Assembly (NCBI GenBank): GCA_051294375.1
Contig: JBJCIZ010000240.1
Span: forward strand, 3,242 to 67,241
Reading direction: 5' to 3'
DNA: 64,000 nucleotides
Source: Paraspadella gotoi
Taxonomy: Eukaryota; Animalia; Chaetognatha
The notes under the pieces were generated by a model. The model did not search any database. It was not told where the DNA came from and saw only the letters and a list, made by a program, of their open reading frames with translations. Both the position numbers and the translations under genes were made by a program. How positions within the stretch are numbered: the stretch's first letter is position 1; every line of letters begins with the position of its first letter. Shown piece after piece: positions 12,201 through 57,476 of this stretch.

Positions 12201-14168
12201 ATAGATTAGTTAATACGTAATGTTGAGATAAAGTATAGATCTAGTATATAGTAATGTTTATTGATAGATAGATAGATAGATAGATAGATCTAGATAGATA
12301 GATAGCATAGATAGATAGATAGATAGAATAGATATAGATAGACAGATAGATGTATAGATTTGATTTCAGCAGACAGTGTACTTGACACAGTGATTTCAAG
12401 ACGTCTCACTCTGGCGACGTTCACTCGCGTCTCTCACTTTTTTTTTTTCGTTTTTCTTTTCGAAATCAATTTTCCTCCAACGAACGTGAGGGAATCGGTT
12501 CGTCTGGTCCAGAAGGATGTGGCGTGGAGTGGCGTATTTGGTGGCGTTGCGCGGCGTTAGATGGCGTTGGGAGGGGACAAATGGCATCGTCAACCATTTT
12601 TGTGACGCTGTTCGCGTTTTTCGCCTCAGTCACGTCGTTGTATTTATTTTGAAGTGGATTTCTGTGGCGTCGAAAAGATTTTGCTAAAACATTTGTGGAC
12701 AGAAGATTAAAAAGAGAGTAAATATTTCTGAAAGAAATCTACTTCGTTCTTTTCCTTCCTTCTTTTTCTTTCGTTTTTCTTTTCGAAACACTAACGCCGC
12801 CTCTCGCCTTTTTTTTTATCATTTTCTTCTTCCATTTACTCCCGTTAACCATCATCTTTGTTTCCTTTTTTCGCTTTTAACAATTTATTTTCATTTTTTT
12901 ATTTAGTTTTTCGTTTTCCTTTCCTCGTGTCTCTTTTGCCTCGTTCTTCGTGCCTTCGACATTCGTATTAATCTTTTTTTCTCTTTCTCTTTTTTCTTTT
13001 TTCTCACCGCTTTTTTTTAGAGGAAAGCGCCTTCTCTCTCTCCGCTTCTGTCGCTCTCTTCTCTCTCTCATCTCTCTTCTCTCCTGTCCTCTCTCTCCTC
13101 TCTCAATCCTCTCTGCTCATCCTTTTCGCTCTTGTTTCTATCTCCTTCCGCTCATTAATTATCTGAGAAAATCTCACAGTTTCAAAGTGCAAAATAAAAA
13201 AAGAAGGAAAATTAATTGGAGGCTGTAATCTTTTCTTTCCTTTTATTTTCCTTCCTCCTCACTTTTTTTCCCTCCGTCTCTTGACTCTCTGTTCTCTCTC
13301 TCTCACATTCTCTCTTCTCTCTCTCTCTCTCATCTCTAATCGTTCTATCTCTCTCTCTACTCTCTGCTCTTCGTCTATCTCTCCTCTATCTCGTCTCTCC
13401 TCTTCATCTTCTCGTCTCTCTCTCCTCTTTGTCCTTCATTCTTTGCGATAGAGGGCTCGCCATCCTTGTCGTTTCAGCTCGGGGGGAGATATGTAATGCA
13501 TAAAGTATCTCGGCTTCTCGGCTTTTTTATCCGAGATGATGAAAAATGCTTTTGAAGATAAGGCGCGTCGCTCCGTAGTCGCGTCGTGCGTCGTCCGTTC
13601 GTCGTCGTCCGTCGTTACTTCATCTCGCTAACTTAGCGCCGACAAGCTTTTGATTATCTCCATCGCCTTGTCTTTGCCTTCTTTTTTTTATCCAATTCTA
13701 TTTCATTTTATTAATTAATTTTTTCCTCTCTCTCTTTCCCTGGATTCATATCGTTTTTTTTGATGAAGTTCGTTTGCCAGATAACATTTTTATAAACGTC
13801 CGATTCATTTTGTGATTCATTAGATGATAAATGTTGATCTTGGTATAAAAATAATTAACAGTGGATATAAGCTAAAAAGTTGACACTTAGTTAATACATT
13901 TATAAGTAATAGTTTTTAGTTTGATTTTTTGGATATGATCTACCAAAGCTACATTACTACATCTAATCCATTTTTAACTTATATTCATTTTCTATTTTCT
14001 GTTAAAATGAACAAAGTTGTTATATATTTATAATGAATACTTTTTAAATCATAAAACTAGATGACTTAACTTTCTCTCCCTCCCTCCGAATCACTTCGCC
14101 ATATTTAGCTCCGCACCATAATTCAAATAGGAAGGCAACGAGCAATGCAATGAGGCAGCTCAACCATC
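9219..14168 (+). other. Error-rich copy of the same locus (probable raw long-read gap fill)
   Basis: 9219-10300 is an insertion-stretched version of ~2240-2810. 10320-10395 matches 14365-14440. 11583-14168 matches ~15115-17680. The segment is bounded by 25-N gaps. Confidence 0.8.
11862..12360. repeat. Degenerate (GATA)n microsatellite
   Basis: Visible ATAG/GATA run. A clean fragment of the same tract sits at 9104-9193. Confidence 0.95.
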
Positions 14169-14193
14169 NNNNNNNNNNNNNNNNNNNNNNNNN

Positions 14194-15799
14194 CAGAGAG
14201 AGTATAAGAGGATCCGCGAGTTCAACGGGGATGCGATCAAAAATTACGAATCGGCGGAATGCGATCGATAGAACGTTTAGATTTGTGGCAGTCGTTGATT
14301 TGTTTATACAAAGAGAAGTAGGATGAAATGTGCTGAGGAGGATAAGTATCGACAGTAGCCCCGAAAGAAAGTTATTCTCAAATGTAAAATAATTATTCAT
14401 TAGGTCTGCACATCAAATAGTGGGCGAAAACAAAATTATTACACTCATGGGCAGCTTGTTTATTGCATTATGAAACATTTTGTTTTAAAAATAATTATGA
14501 TTCAAATAGATAATAAGTTTAGATGATTTTTAAAAACGAACTCAGCCCTCAAGGCCTCAAATCGACATTCGATGTTCGTTACAACAGTACCCCAGGACTT
14601 TCCCCGAATCTCCCATTGCACCACTGACCTCCGCCCTCGACATCACTCTTGGTCTTCATTCACGACCACTGAGTGGCGCACCAGGTCGTGATCGCGCTCA
14701 CATTTCCGCTCTTCACATTTCTTTCAAATCGTCTTTTCATTATGCTGAGGGCGGACTCGAGGCGTAGCATATGCAACTCTATTCCATATATCGACTCGTA
14801 TCGCTTCGCTGCTTCATTGCGTCACCCACCGACCATCGTGCCTCTAACACTCCCCCACCCGCAATTTTTCTTAATCCCCTTTCAAATCTCCCGTCCTCTC
14901 GCTCGGCCCATTCCTCTCCTTGCCTCTTTTTGATGCTCCTTATCTCATTCGCGGCTGCCAGTTATCAAGACTGTCGAGGTATTTGCCTCTCCTCTCTCTC
15001 TCTCTGCGTCTCCATCGCTCATCGTCTCTCATCCTCTGCTCTCCTCTCTCGTCTCTCTCCTCTCTCTTCTCCTCTCTCTCTCTCGCTCTCTCGCTGCCTG
15101 TGCACCGTGAGAGCTACAATCACGAGCCGGAATTTAAGGAAGGGATTTCCTCGTCAAGACTTTTCCACCGTTCTTGGCGCGAGCGAATCTGTCATCGGAC
15201 TTTGTCGTGCGTCGTCATTGGTCGTCGTCGTGCGTCGTAATTCGTGCGTTGCCGTCGTAGTCAATCGTCGTAAATAACGATTCTCGAAGTCAAAATGCGG
15301 CCGGAAATAATTTGGTCAGCGATCGAATCTGGTGGGGCGACGAAGTGATTAATGAGTTCGACGTCGATAGAGCAGAGAAACGGAAAACATCACATTGTAG
15401 TAAGATAGGATGGATAGAGTTGTAACAAGAATAGATAGATAGTTATATAGATAGATGGATAAGATAGATAAAGAGATAGAAAAAATAGTTATATAGATAA
15501 GTTGGATAGATAGATAAAGAGATATGATAGATAGTTATAGTAGAATAGATGGGATAGATAGATAAAGAGAATAGATAAATAGTTATATAGATAGATAGAT
15601 AGCAATAGTAGATAGATAGATAGACATAGATACGATAGATAGGATAGATAGCCATAGATACGATAAAGAGATATTCTCGATTTATGGGTAGATAGATAGA
15701 CTCAGATAAGTAGATAGATAGATAGATAGATAGATACGATAGATACGTAAGATTAGATAGATAGATCAGTAGATAGATAGATAGAATAGATAGATAGGC

Positions 15800-15835
<36 letters not shown>

Positions 15836-18038
15836 GTGTATAAGATTTGATTCAGCAGACAGTGATCTTCAAGACGTCTCACTCTGGCGACGTTCAGCTC
15901 GCGTCTCTCACTTCTTTTTTTTCTCGTTTTCTTTCGAATCAATTCTTCGCCTCCAACGAACGTGAGGACGTTCGTCTGGTCGAGAAGGCATGTGGCGTGG
16001 AGTGGCCGTTCATTTGGTGGCGTTGCGAGGCGTTAGATGGCGTTGGGAGGGGACAAGTGTCATCGGGCAACGCATTTTTGTGAGCGCCCTGTTCGCGTCT
16101 TTTCCGCCTCAAGTAACGTCGTGTATATATTTCTTGATGTGGATTTCTGTGGCGTCGAAAAAGATTTTGCTAAAACATTGTGGACAGAAGATTAGAAAGA
16201 GAGTAAATATTTCTGAAAGAAAATCTACTTCGTGTCCTTTTCCTGAGTCCTTCTTTTCTTTCGTTTTTCTTTTCGAAACACTAAACGCCGCCTACTCGCC
16301 GTTTTTTTTCTATCATTTTGCTTTCTTACCATCTACCTCCCGTTAACCATCATCTTTGTTTTCCTTTTTTCGCTTTTAACAATGTTATTTTCTTTTTTTA
16401 TTTAGTTTTTCGTTTTCCTTCCTCGTGTTCTTTCCTCGTTCTTCGTGGCGCTTCGAACATTCGTATATGAATGCTTTTTTTCTCTTTCCTTTTTTCTTTT
16501 TTCTCCCCTTTTTTTTAGAGGAAAGGCCTTCTCTCATCTCTCTTATCTCTCTCGATCTCATCTCTCTGCCTCTCTCTCTCTCTCTCTCAATCTCTCTGCT
16601 CATCTTTCGCCTCTTGTTTTATCTCCTTCCGCTGCATTAATTATCGAGAAAATCCACACGTTCAAAGGTTGCAAAATAAAAAAAGAGGAAAATTTAATGG
16701 AGGCTGTAATCTTTTCTTTCCTTATTTTCCTTCCTCACTTTTTTTCCCTCCGTCTCTTGACTCTCTGCCTGCTCTCTCTCTCTCTCCTCTCATCTCATCT
16801 GCTCTCGATTCTCTTCTCTCTCTCTATCTCTCTCTTCTATCTGTCTGCTCTCTCTCTCCTGTGCTCCTCTCCTCTGTCTCATCTTCTCTCTCTCTCTCTC
16901 TCTCTCCTCTATCTATCTCCTCTCTCTCTCTCTCCTCTCTCTGCTCCTGCTCTATTCCTTTCATGCGATAGAGGGCTGCCAATCCTTGTTTCACTCGGGG
17001 GGAGTATGTAATGCAATGAAAGTATCATGGCGCTTCTCCGCTTTTTTATCCGAGAATGATGAAAATCTTTTGAAGATAAGGCCAGTCGCTCCGTCGTCGT
17101 CGTCGTGCGTCGTCGTCGTCGTCCGTCCGTCGTCGTACTCTCATCATCGCTAACTTAGCGCGCGACATAAGCTTTGATTATCTGCCACTAGTCTTTGCCT
17201 TCTTTTTATCCCAATTTCTATTTGCCATTTATTAACTTAATATTTTCCTCTCTCTGGATTCATATCGTTTTTTTCAAAAGTTGTTTCGGCAGATAACATT
17301 TTTACTAAACGTCCGATTCATTTGTGATTCAGGCAGATGATGAAATGTTGATCTGGTATAAAATATTAAGCAGTGGGATATAAGATAAAATGTTGACACT
17401 AGTTCTTATAGGTACTAGTTTTTTAGTTTTGTTTTCTAGGCTGACATCTAATGGCCATTCTTAACTTATATTCAAGCTATTTATTTTTTGTTAACAAATG
17501 GAACAAAAAGTTGTTTATATATATTTATATATGAATTCACTTTTAAATCATAAAACTTGCCTGGTCTTAAATTTCTCTCCCTGCCCAAACGAATCGACTC
17601 ATCGGCCATATTTAGCTCGCGCACCAGTAATTCGAGAGGGAACGGCAAGCGAGCAATGCAATGAGCGCAGCTCACCAATCAGAAGCCAAGAGCAATAGAA
17701 ACGGAGTGACGCGGCTCGCGAAATTTTTTTCTTTATCGCCTAATCAAACAAGAAACGAAAAAAAATGTTCTTAAACTTTTTATCAAAAACAAAGAAGAAA
17801 CTAAGAAAGGGCGGTGGAAACGAAAAAAAAAGAAAAGAAATAATAATAAAAAGAAAGAGAAACCATAAAGCGACGTCTAAGTTGACGTTTATTCCGTTTG
17901 ACCTTGGAACGACCTTGGGATTTTTTTATCCGGCGAGGTTGTCTCCGCGTCAGAAACTTCCAATTCGAAACCACCACGTGGCCACCTTGGAAACGGAAGT
18001 ACCACCCGCCGATGAGGACCAACCACCCTAACACTAAT
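14194..18038 (+). repeat. Further copy of the duplicated locus, including (GATA)n at ~15400-15835
   Basis: Colinear with ~10050-14168 and bounded by 25-N gaps. Confidence 0.88.
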
Positions 18039-18063
18039 NNNNNNNNNNNNNNNNNNNNNNNNN

Positions 18064-18078
18064 CTCACCTGCTCTCTC

Positions 18079-18109
<31 letters not shown>

Positions 18110-19395
18110 TCCCTCTCTCTCTCTCTTCCTCTCTCTTCTATTCTTCATCGATAGCAGGCTCCATCCTGTTTTACTCGGGGGTGAATTGTAATGCGGTCTC
18201 ATGGTTTGGCTAATGCCCATTAAAGTATCTCGTTCTCCTTCTTTATCCGAGATGATTGACCCATGAAATCTGCCTGCCATCAGAACTCACGCCTAACGGA
18301 TGATAGCCTTGTGCGTCCGTCGGTCCGTCGTCGTCGTCCGTCGCTTCGTCTCTTCGTCGTCTGTCATCTCGCTAACTCTAGCCCGCCGACAGCTTTATTA
18401 TCTCCATTCGCCTTTCTTGTTTTATCCAATTCTCTGATTTCATTTTCATTACAGTTAATTTTTTCTCTTCTCTCTGGTTCATATCGTTTTTTTTTTCGGA
18501 TACAATTTCTTAAAGTTCGGTTTTCGCATTAGATTAACATTTTTTTCATAAACGTACCGATTCACTTTTTTGTGAGACATCTTCAGCGAGTGATAAATGT
18601 TGATCTTCCGGGTTTTTATAAAAAAAATATTAACAGATTGGATTATAGATAAAATGTTTAGACACTATTATAGTACTTAGTGTTTTTAATTTTTTTTTTT
18701 TTTTTTAGGTCTACAATCTAAATTCCATTTTTTCTTAACTTATATTCAACTTTTTTAATTTTTTTGTTAAAATGAACAAAAAGTGTTTCGGTTTATATAT
18801 ATATATATTTTATTAATGAATTCACTTTTTTAAATCATTTCAAAACTGCATTGGTCTTAAATTTTCTCTCCCCTCCCAAACGAAAATCCACTTCGCCATA
18901 TTTAGCTCTCCCGCACTCATAATTCAGAAGAGGCAAGACAATACAGCAGTGCAATGAGGCCAGCCTAACCATCAGACGCCAAGACAGCCAATAATTTGTT
19001 AATACCGGGGGTTGACCGCTCGCGCATCTCTTATCGCCTATCAAAAAAAATAATGGTTCTTAACCCCCTTTTTTTATAAAAAAAACAAAAGAAAGAAACT
19101 AAAGAAAGAAAACGAAAAAAAAAAAAAGAAAAGAAATTAATAATTTTAAAAGGATAAACAGGCAAGAGAACCATTTATTATTTATCAAAGCGACGACCGA
19201 TCTAAGTTGACCCGTTTTATTTCCTGTTCTGACCTTATGGAACGCACCTGTGCGAATTTTTTTATCCGGCGAGGGTTGTCCCTCCTCGTTCAAGACAACT
19301 CTCCCAATTCGGAAGACCACCACAGTGGCCACCTTGGGAAACGGAAAAAAAGTACCACCCGCCGATAGAGGACCGACACACCCTAACAACTAAAT
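18064..19395 (+). repeat. Partial extra copy of ~16900-18038
   Basis: Shared landmarks: TTATCCGAGATGAT, CGCCATATTTAGCTC, GTGGCCACCTTGG(G)AAACGG and CCCTAACA(A)CTAA. Confidence 0.9.
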
Positions 19396-19652
19396 ATCCA
19401 AACTCCACCCAGACCCTCAAATTACCCCAAAGCGAAAAAAGAAAGATCTGAGAATCAGAATTGAGATTATTTCACAATCTTATCTCCCCACCCCGCGACA
19501 TGTTATTCCGGCTCTTTCCTCTCCCCCTTTGTCCCACATCCCCCGACATTACCTCGTCCATAATCTTGCGCCTTCCCCCTCCACCCCTTCGCGACCCATT
19601 TTACCCCCTGTCTGCCAAATCCCTGTCCAGATTTCTCGTCGAAATCACTCTC

Positions 19653-19711
<59 letters not shown>

Positions 19712-19731
19712 GTCTCCTCTCCTTCTCTTCT

Positions 19732-19762
<31 letters not shown>

Positions 19763-20679
19763 TCCGGTGGGTGTGGTGCGCGGTGGGGCCTGCGTCCTCT
19801 CTCTCGTGCGTGGGGCGGTCGTGCGTCGTGGCGGGTGCGTGCTGCGTGGCGGGGGCGGGGGGGTGGGGCGGTGCGGTGGGGCTGGGGGGGGCGGGTGGCG
19901 TGGCTCGGTGGCGGGGCGTGGCGGGGTGGCTGCGGTGGCGGGGGGTCTCGGGGTGCGGTGCTCTCGGTGGGCGCTCTCGCTGCGTTCGTGGCGGGTCTTC
20001 TCGGTGCGTGCGTCGGGTCGGGTCGGTGGGGTGGTCTCTCGCACTCCGCCAACCACCCCGCGGGGTACGGGTATTAATCTCGCATTTCTACAAATCTTCA
20101 CCGCGCCCCACACACAATTCGTCCTCCAATTTCCGCCGAGCGATCGATGAAATTTAACCCCTCGATTCGCTTTTCACATATTCGTTATAGATTCTCCTTT
20201 TTATGTTTAACTAACTTCAACTTTAACTTTGCAATATCCCTATCAACATTAAATGTTACTTTTATCAAGACTAATTTTATTATCCTTTATTAACTTTCTT
20301 ATGTTACTTTGTTTATTCTCATTTTTTATATTTACCAGCCGCAACTTTAACATTTTAATATTACTTACCTAATTTTACTAAAACTTTAACTATTTTAATA
20401 TTTTTATTTACATTTTATCTTCAATTTTGTTAATATTAATTATTCTAATTGTCATTTTAACTTATTCTTAATAACTTTTCAACCATCTTCCTAAAAAAAG
20501 CTAATGAATCTTTATCAATCTTCATCACCGCCAAAGATCTTTTGTTTCAGCTAATCTTCTTTCGCTGTCAATATTTCTTCCATTTAATCAACACGTTGCC
20601 GTCCTCTTTCGCTACCCCTAATTCAGAGACAAGGATTTAACCCACCACCTTAAACCATCCCGCTAATCCCTAAAAGGAT

Positions 20680-20713
20680 AAAGAAAGATAGATAAAAATA
20701 AATAAAGAAAGAA

Positions 20714-20745
<32 letters not shown>

Positions 20746-20763
20746 AAAAAAGAAAGAAAGAAA

Positions 20764-20804
<41 letters not shown>

Positions 20805-21540
20805 AAAGAAAGTCGAATCTCTCTCCTCCGAAATCGCGATCGAACATTCATTATCATTTCGACGAGAGACAGCGACGCAGCGGCGCAGCGACGCAGCGAC
20901 GCAGCGACCCAGCGACCCAGCGACGCAGCGACGCAGCGTCCTGACTTGGGAGTAAAAATGGATGGAGGAAAGAGGAAAGAGAGTGAGGTTGAAATGGGGG
21001 AAAGAGGGAGAGGGGGGGCGTTGTAAATTAGAAGGATAGAAAAGATAGCATATTGGGTCACGTGGTCGTAAATGCTCTCCTTGGTTTTGTAGTAATAGAG
21101 TGAGTGAAAAAAAAGAATCATATGCGAAGTAGGAAGATATGGAGGAAGAGATGGAGAAAAGAAGAGAAGAGAATAGAAAAGAAAAGATAAAGAAAAGAGA
21201 AGAGAAGAGAAAAAAAAGAAAAGAGAGAGAAGCTTAACCGTTGGGGGTCACCAATTTTAGATCGAGTAAAAAATGGTGTTGCTCTTGTGGCGACGGATGA
21301 GCAAAGGGAGAGTTATGGTGACAGTGGAGGAAGGGAGGTAAGAAGTGAAAGAGAAGAGAAGTAAGAAAGAAAAGGAGAAAAGTTGTGAAAAAAAAAGGAA
21401 ACGGAGGTAAGAAGTGAAAAAGAAGAGAAGTAAGGAAGAAAAGGAGAAAAGTTGTGAGAAAGGAAAAAAGGAAACGGGGGAAAGAAGTGAAAGAGAAGAG
21501 AAGTAAGGAAGAAAAGGAGAAAAGTTGTGAAAAAAGAAAT
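20680..21540 (+). repeat. Composite repeat block: (AAAG)n, 8-bp (GCAGCGAC)n and three ~67-bp purine-rich units
   Basis: (AAAG)n at ~20680-20810. About 8 GCAGCGAC units at ~20870-20940. GAAGTGAAAGAGAAGAGAAGTAAGGAAGAAAAGGAGAAAAGTTGTGA occurs three times at ~21336-21537. A noisy copy lies at ~22710-24050. Confidence 0.9.
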
Positions 21541-22440
21541 CACTTCTTTTCTTTCTTTCCTTTTCTTTCTGTCTTCTTTCTTTCTTTCTTTCTTTCTTTC
21601 TTTTCTTTCTTTTTCTTTTTTCCTTTAATTCTCTCCTCCGACATCTCAGAATCTCTTTCTTTATCTTCAATTTCCTCTTTCAAATTTGAGCATGCGTGGG
21701 ACAATACCCCTCCCCTCGGTCCTTCTTCTAGAAACTCGTGGCCTTTTTGTAGGTTCAACTGGGAGTCTGGTCCCAGCCCTGTCTGTTGCTGTCAGCTCTT
21801 GTTCCCAGTTTGCGGAATAAAAACTATTCTCAGGCCTCCTCTTGTTGCGTGTTGATCCTTATGTGATGCTCTTGCATCGTTCAGTGAAGCAGTGTCGAAG
21901 CCAGAATCAATGACTAATAAGAAGAAGAAGTGAGATCGAGAATAATTTTTCTCCCTTTTCCCTGGAAAGCCGGCGAAACCGCACGCTGAACGCCACAAAG
22001 AACTACACCCGCCTGGTTCGAGTATGTAAGTGATATAGACCAGTCGAACTTCGCTACGGTGAAGAACACAAAGGGAAAAGCACAAAAAAAAAAGAAAGAA
22101 TAAAAGAAAAGTGGAAAACACATCAGCATGTTTATTAGTGCATTTGTGTATGCTATTCGCTTGTATGTTGACTCTTCTTTTTAGTCTCTGGATTGACAAA
22201 ATATTATTTGCAATACTCTGATTTCCGTATTTCTCTTAATATTTAACTCTTTGTCACTTCTCGTTTGACGGTACCAGAGTTTTCTATTTGCTACTAACGG
22301 TGTACTCTTCTTTCGCCTCACGATTCTTGCGTGGTTTCTTCTTTGACTTTCTTGTACGCAGTCACGGGATTTTTCTGTTTCTCTTTTACTGTCTACTTCT
22401 CTTTCGACTTCTATTCCCCCGTGATTCAGTTAGGTTTTCG
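21541..22440 (-). repeat. Inverted, error-rich copy of the sequence beginning at 22466 (also repeated at ~24145-24430)
   Basis: CTCCTCCGACATCTCAG...CTTTATCTTCA (~21633-21690) is the reverse complement of ~22582-22640. CTCCCTTTTCCCTG (21951) is the reverse complement of CAGGGAAAAGGGAG (~22485). Confidence 0.8.
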
Positions 22441-24429
22441 NNNNNNNNNNNNNNNNNNNNNNNNNGGGGGGGGGTTCGCGTCTTCAGGGAAAAGGGAGAA
22501 GAAAGACAAAGTAGTTGATTCGGGAGGAAGAGGAGGAAGAGGAGAAAGAGGAGGAAGAGGAAGCAGGAAAAGGGAGATGTATCAAATTAGAAGAGGGAAG
22601 ATGAAGATAAAGAAAGAGATACTGAGATGTCGGAGGAGAAATAAAGAAAAAAAGAAAAGAAAGAAAGAAAGAAAGAAAGAAANNNNNNNNNNNNNNNNNN
22701 NNNNNNNAAGATAGGAGGAAAAGCAGAAAGAAAGGATACAAAAAAACAAAAGAAAAGACAAGAAAAAGAAGATTATAAAGATCAAGAATAAAGAAAGAAA
22801 GGAAAGAGAAAGAAAGGAAAAAAAGAAAGAATAGAAAGTTTCGGAATCTCCTCTCCTCCGAAAATTCGCGAATTTTTTCGAACATTTCCATTATCCATTT
22901 CGACGACGGAGATGACAGCGATTGCCAAGCGGCCTCACCGCAGCGACGCAGCGACGCAGCTACCCCCCAGCGACCCAGCCGGATCCGCAGCCCCGACGCA
23001 GACGTTTCCCTGATTGGGTAGGTTAAAAAATGAGATTGAGGAAAGATGGGAAAGAGAGTGGAGGGTTGGATGAAATGGTGGGCGGGAAAGATGGGAGGAG
23101 GGGGGTACCATACCTGTGCAGTGGGGCGTTTGCTAAAAAATGTTAGAAGGATAGAAAAAGATAGCATAATTGGGGTCACACCCGGGGTCGTTAAAATGCC
23201 TCTCCTTGGTTATGTAAGTAATTAGATGTGTGAAAAAAAAAAAAAAATAAAAAGATCATATGCCCGAAAGTATGAAAGATATGGAGGGACGCAGGAAAGA
23301 GATGGAGAAAGAAGAGAAGGAGAAATAGAAAGAAAAAGACGATATTAAAGAAAAACGAGAAGAGAAGATGGAAAAAAAAAAGAAAAGAGATAGAGAAGCT
23401 TAACCGTTGCGCGGGTCGTCACCCAATTTTAATCGCAGCTTGGTTATTAAAAATGTCTTGTTGCTCTTGGCGCGACGGAGATCTGAGCCAAAGCGAAGAG
23501 AGTTGAGGTGACAGCTGGAGAAGGGAGGTAATGAAGTGATAACGGAGAAAGATGTAGAGATAAGGAAAAATGGAGGGAGAGAAAAGTTGTGAAAAAAAAA
23601 AAAAAGGTAAACGGAGTAAGAAGTGAAAAGAAGGAAGTAAGGAAAGCAGAAAAGCGAGAAAAGTTGTGCGATGCACATGAAAAAAATGGGGAAACGAGCA
23701 AGCGGAAAGAAGTGTCTGATATAGAGAAGAGATATAGCAGCGAAAAGCAAAAGGATGAGAGAGGGAAAAGTGTGTCTTGAAAAAAAGCAGGGGAAAACAA
23801 TTGAAAAATCTGGGGGGCAAAGAGAAGTGAAAGAGAATCAGACAAGGTAAAGAGAAAAGTAAAATTCTGGAGGAAGAAGTGAAGATAAAAAGAGAAGAAG
23901 GAATCGGAGGGAGGAATAGAGGGAAAGAAGTGCGTGGGTGTGGGAAAAGAGAAAAAAAAAGAAAGAAAGTAATCGGAAGGGAGGGAAAGAAGTGAAAGAA
24001 AAAAAGAAGAATCGGAAATCACTGGAAAGAAGTGAAAGAGAAAAAGAGAGTTGTCAAACAGGAACGTAGAGAAAAGACCGGTTTTAGTCTTCCGCCCTTC
24101 TCAAGTTCTGTCAAAACCCGACGGGGTGGTTGGACGGGCGGCGGGTGGAGGGTGTTCGCGGTCTTCAGGGAAGGGGAAAAAGGGAGAAGTAAAGACAAAA
24201 GTAGTGTGATTATTCCACGGGAGGAAGAGGAGGGAAAGATGGGAGAAAGAGGTGGCGAATACGGAACGCAATCTAGCGAATAAAAGGGGGAGATGTCTTT
24301 ACTCAAATTAGAAGATTGGAAGGATTGAAAGATTTATAAAGAAAATTGATACTGAGATGTCGGAGGAGAAATAAAGAAAAAAAGAAAAGAAAGAATAGAA
24401 AGAAAGAAAGACAAGAAAGAAAGAAAGAT

Positions 24430-57075
<32,646 letters not shown>

Positions 57076-57228
57076 CTTCAGAAACGAGAAAGAAATAAAG
57101 GAGAGAGTGAGAGTGTCTTTGTTTGGATGACCGACTTTCTCGACGAGCGACCGACCAATTTTGATCTCGGAGAAAATGTTTCGCGGGTAATGGAATCGTA
57201 ATTCTCTCTTCGCGAAAAATCAATAACG

Positions 57229-57476
57229 TTTAAGGGACACAAACATGGCCGACATTTCACGGCACTTTTGATTTAAAGGCAAAATAAACATGGCAGACAT
57301 TTCATCACTTAATTCTTCTTTTATTTAAAGACAGAAACATGGACGACGTTTCGTCACTTCAGTCATTTAATCCGAAACATGGTCAACACTTTTTATTTTT
57401 CTTTATGGCCGAAAAAGGGGTCCAAATTTTTGTTTGAATTTTGGTTTTTTTCAGTCCGCAAACATGGCTGGTATTT
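57229..57476. repeat. Degenerate 40-49 bp repeat carrying AAACATGG
   Basis: AAACATGG occurs at 57241, 57286, 57335, 57375 and 57460, usually in a TTTAA...AAACATGGNNGAC...CACTT context. Confidence 0.75.

Noticed and set aside
21690-22240. Higher-complexity stretch that looks like an exon
   Set aside because: It contains reverse-complement landmarks of 22466-22580, so it is best explained as a noisy inverted copy.
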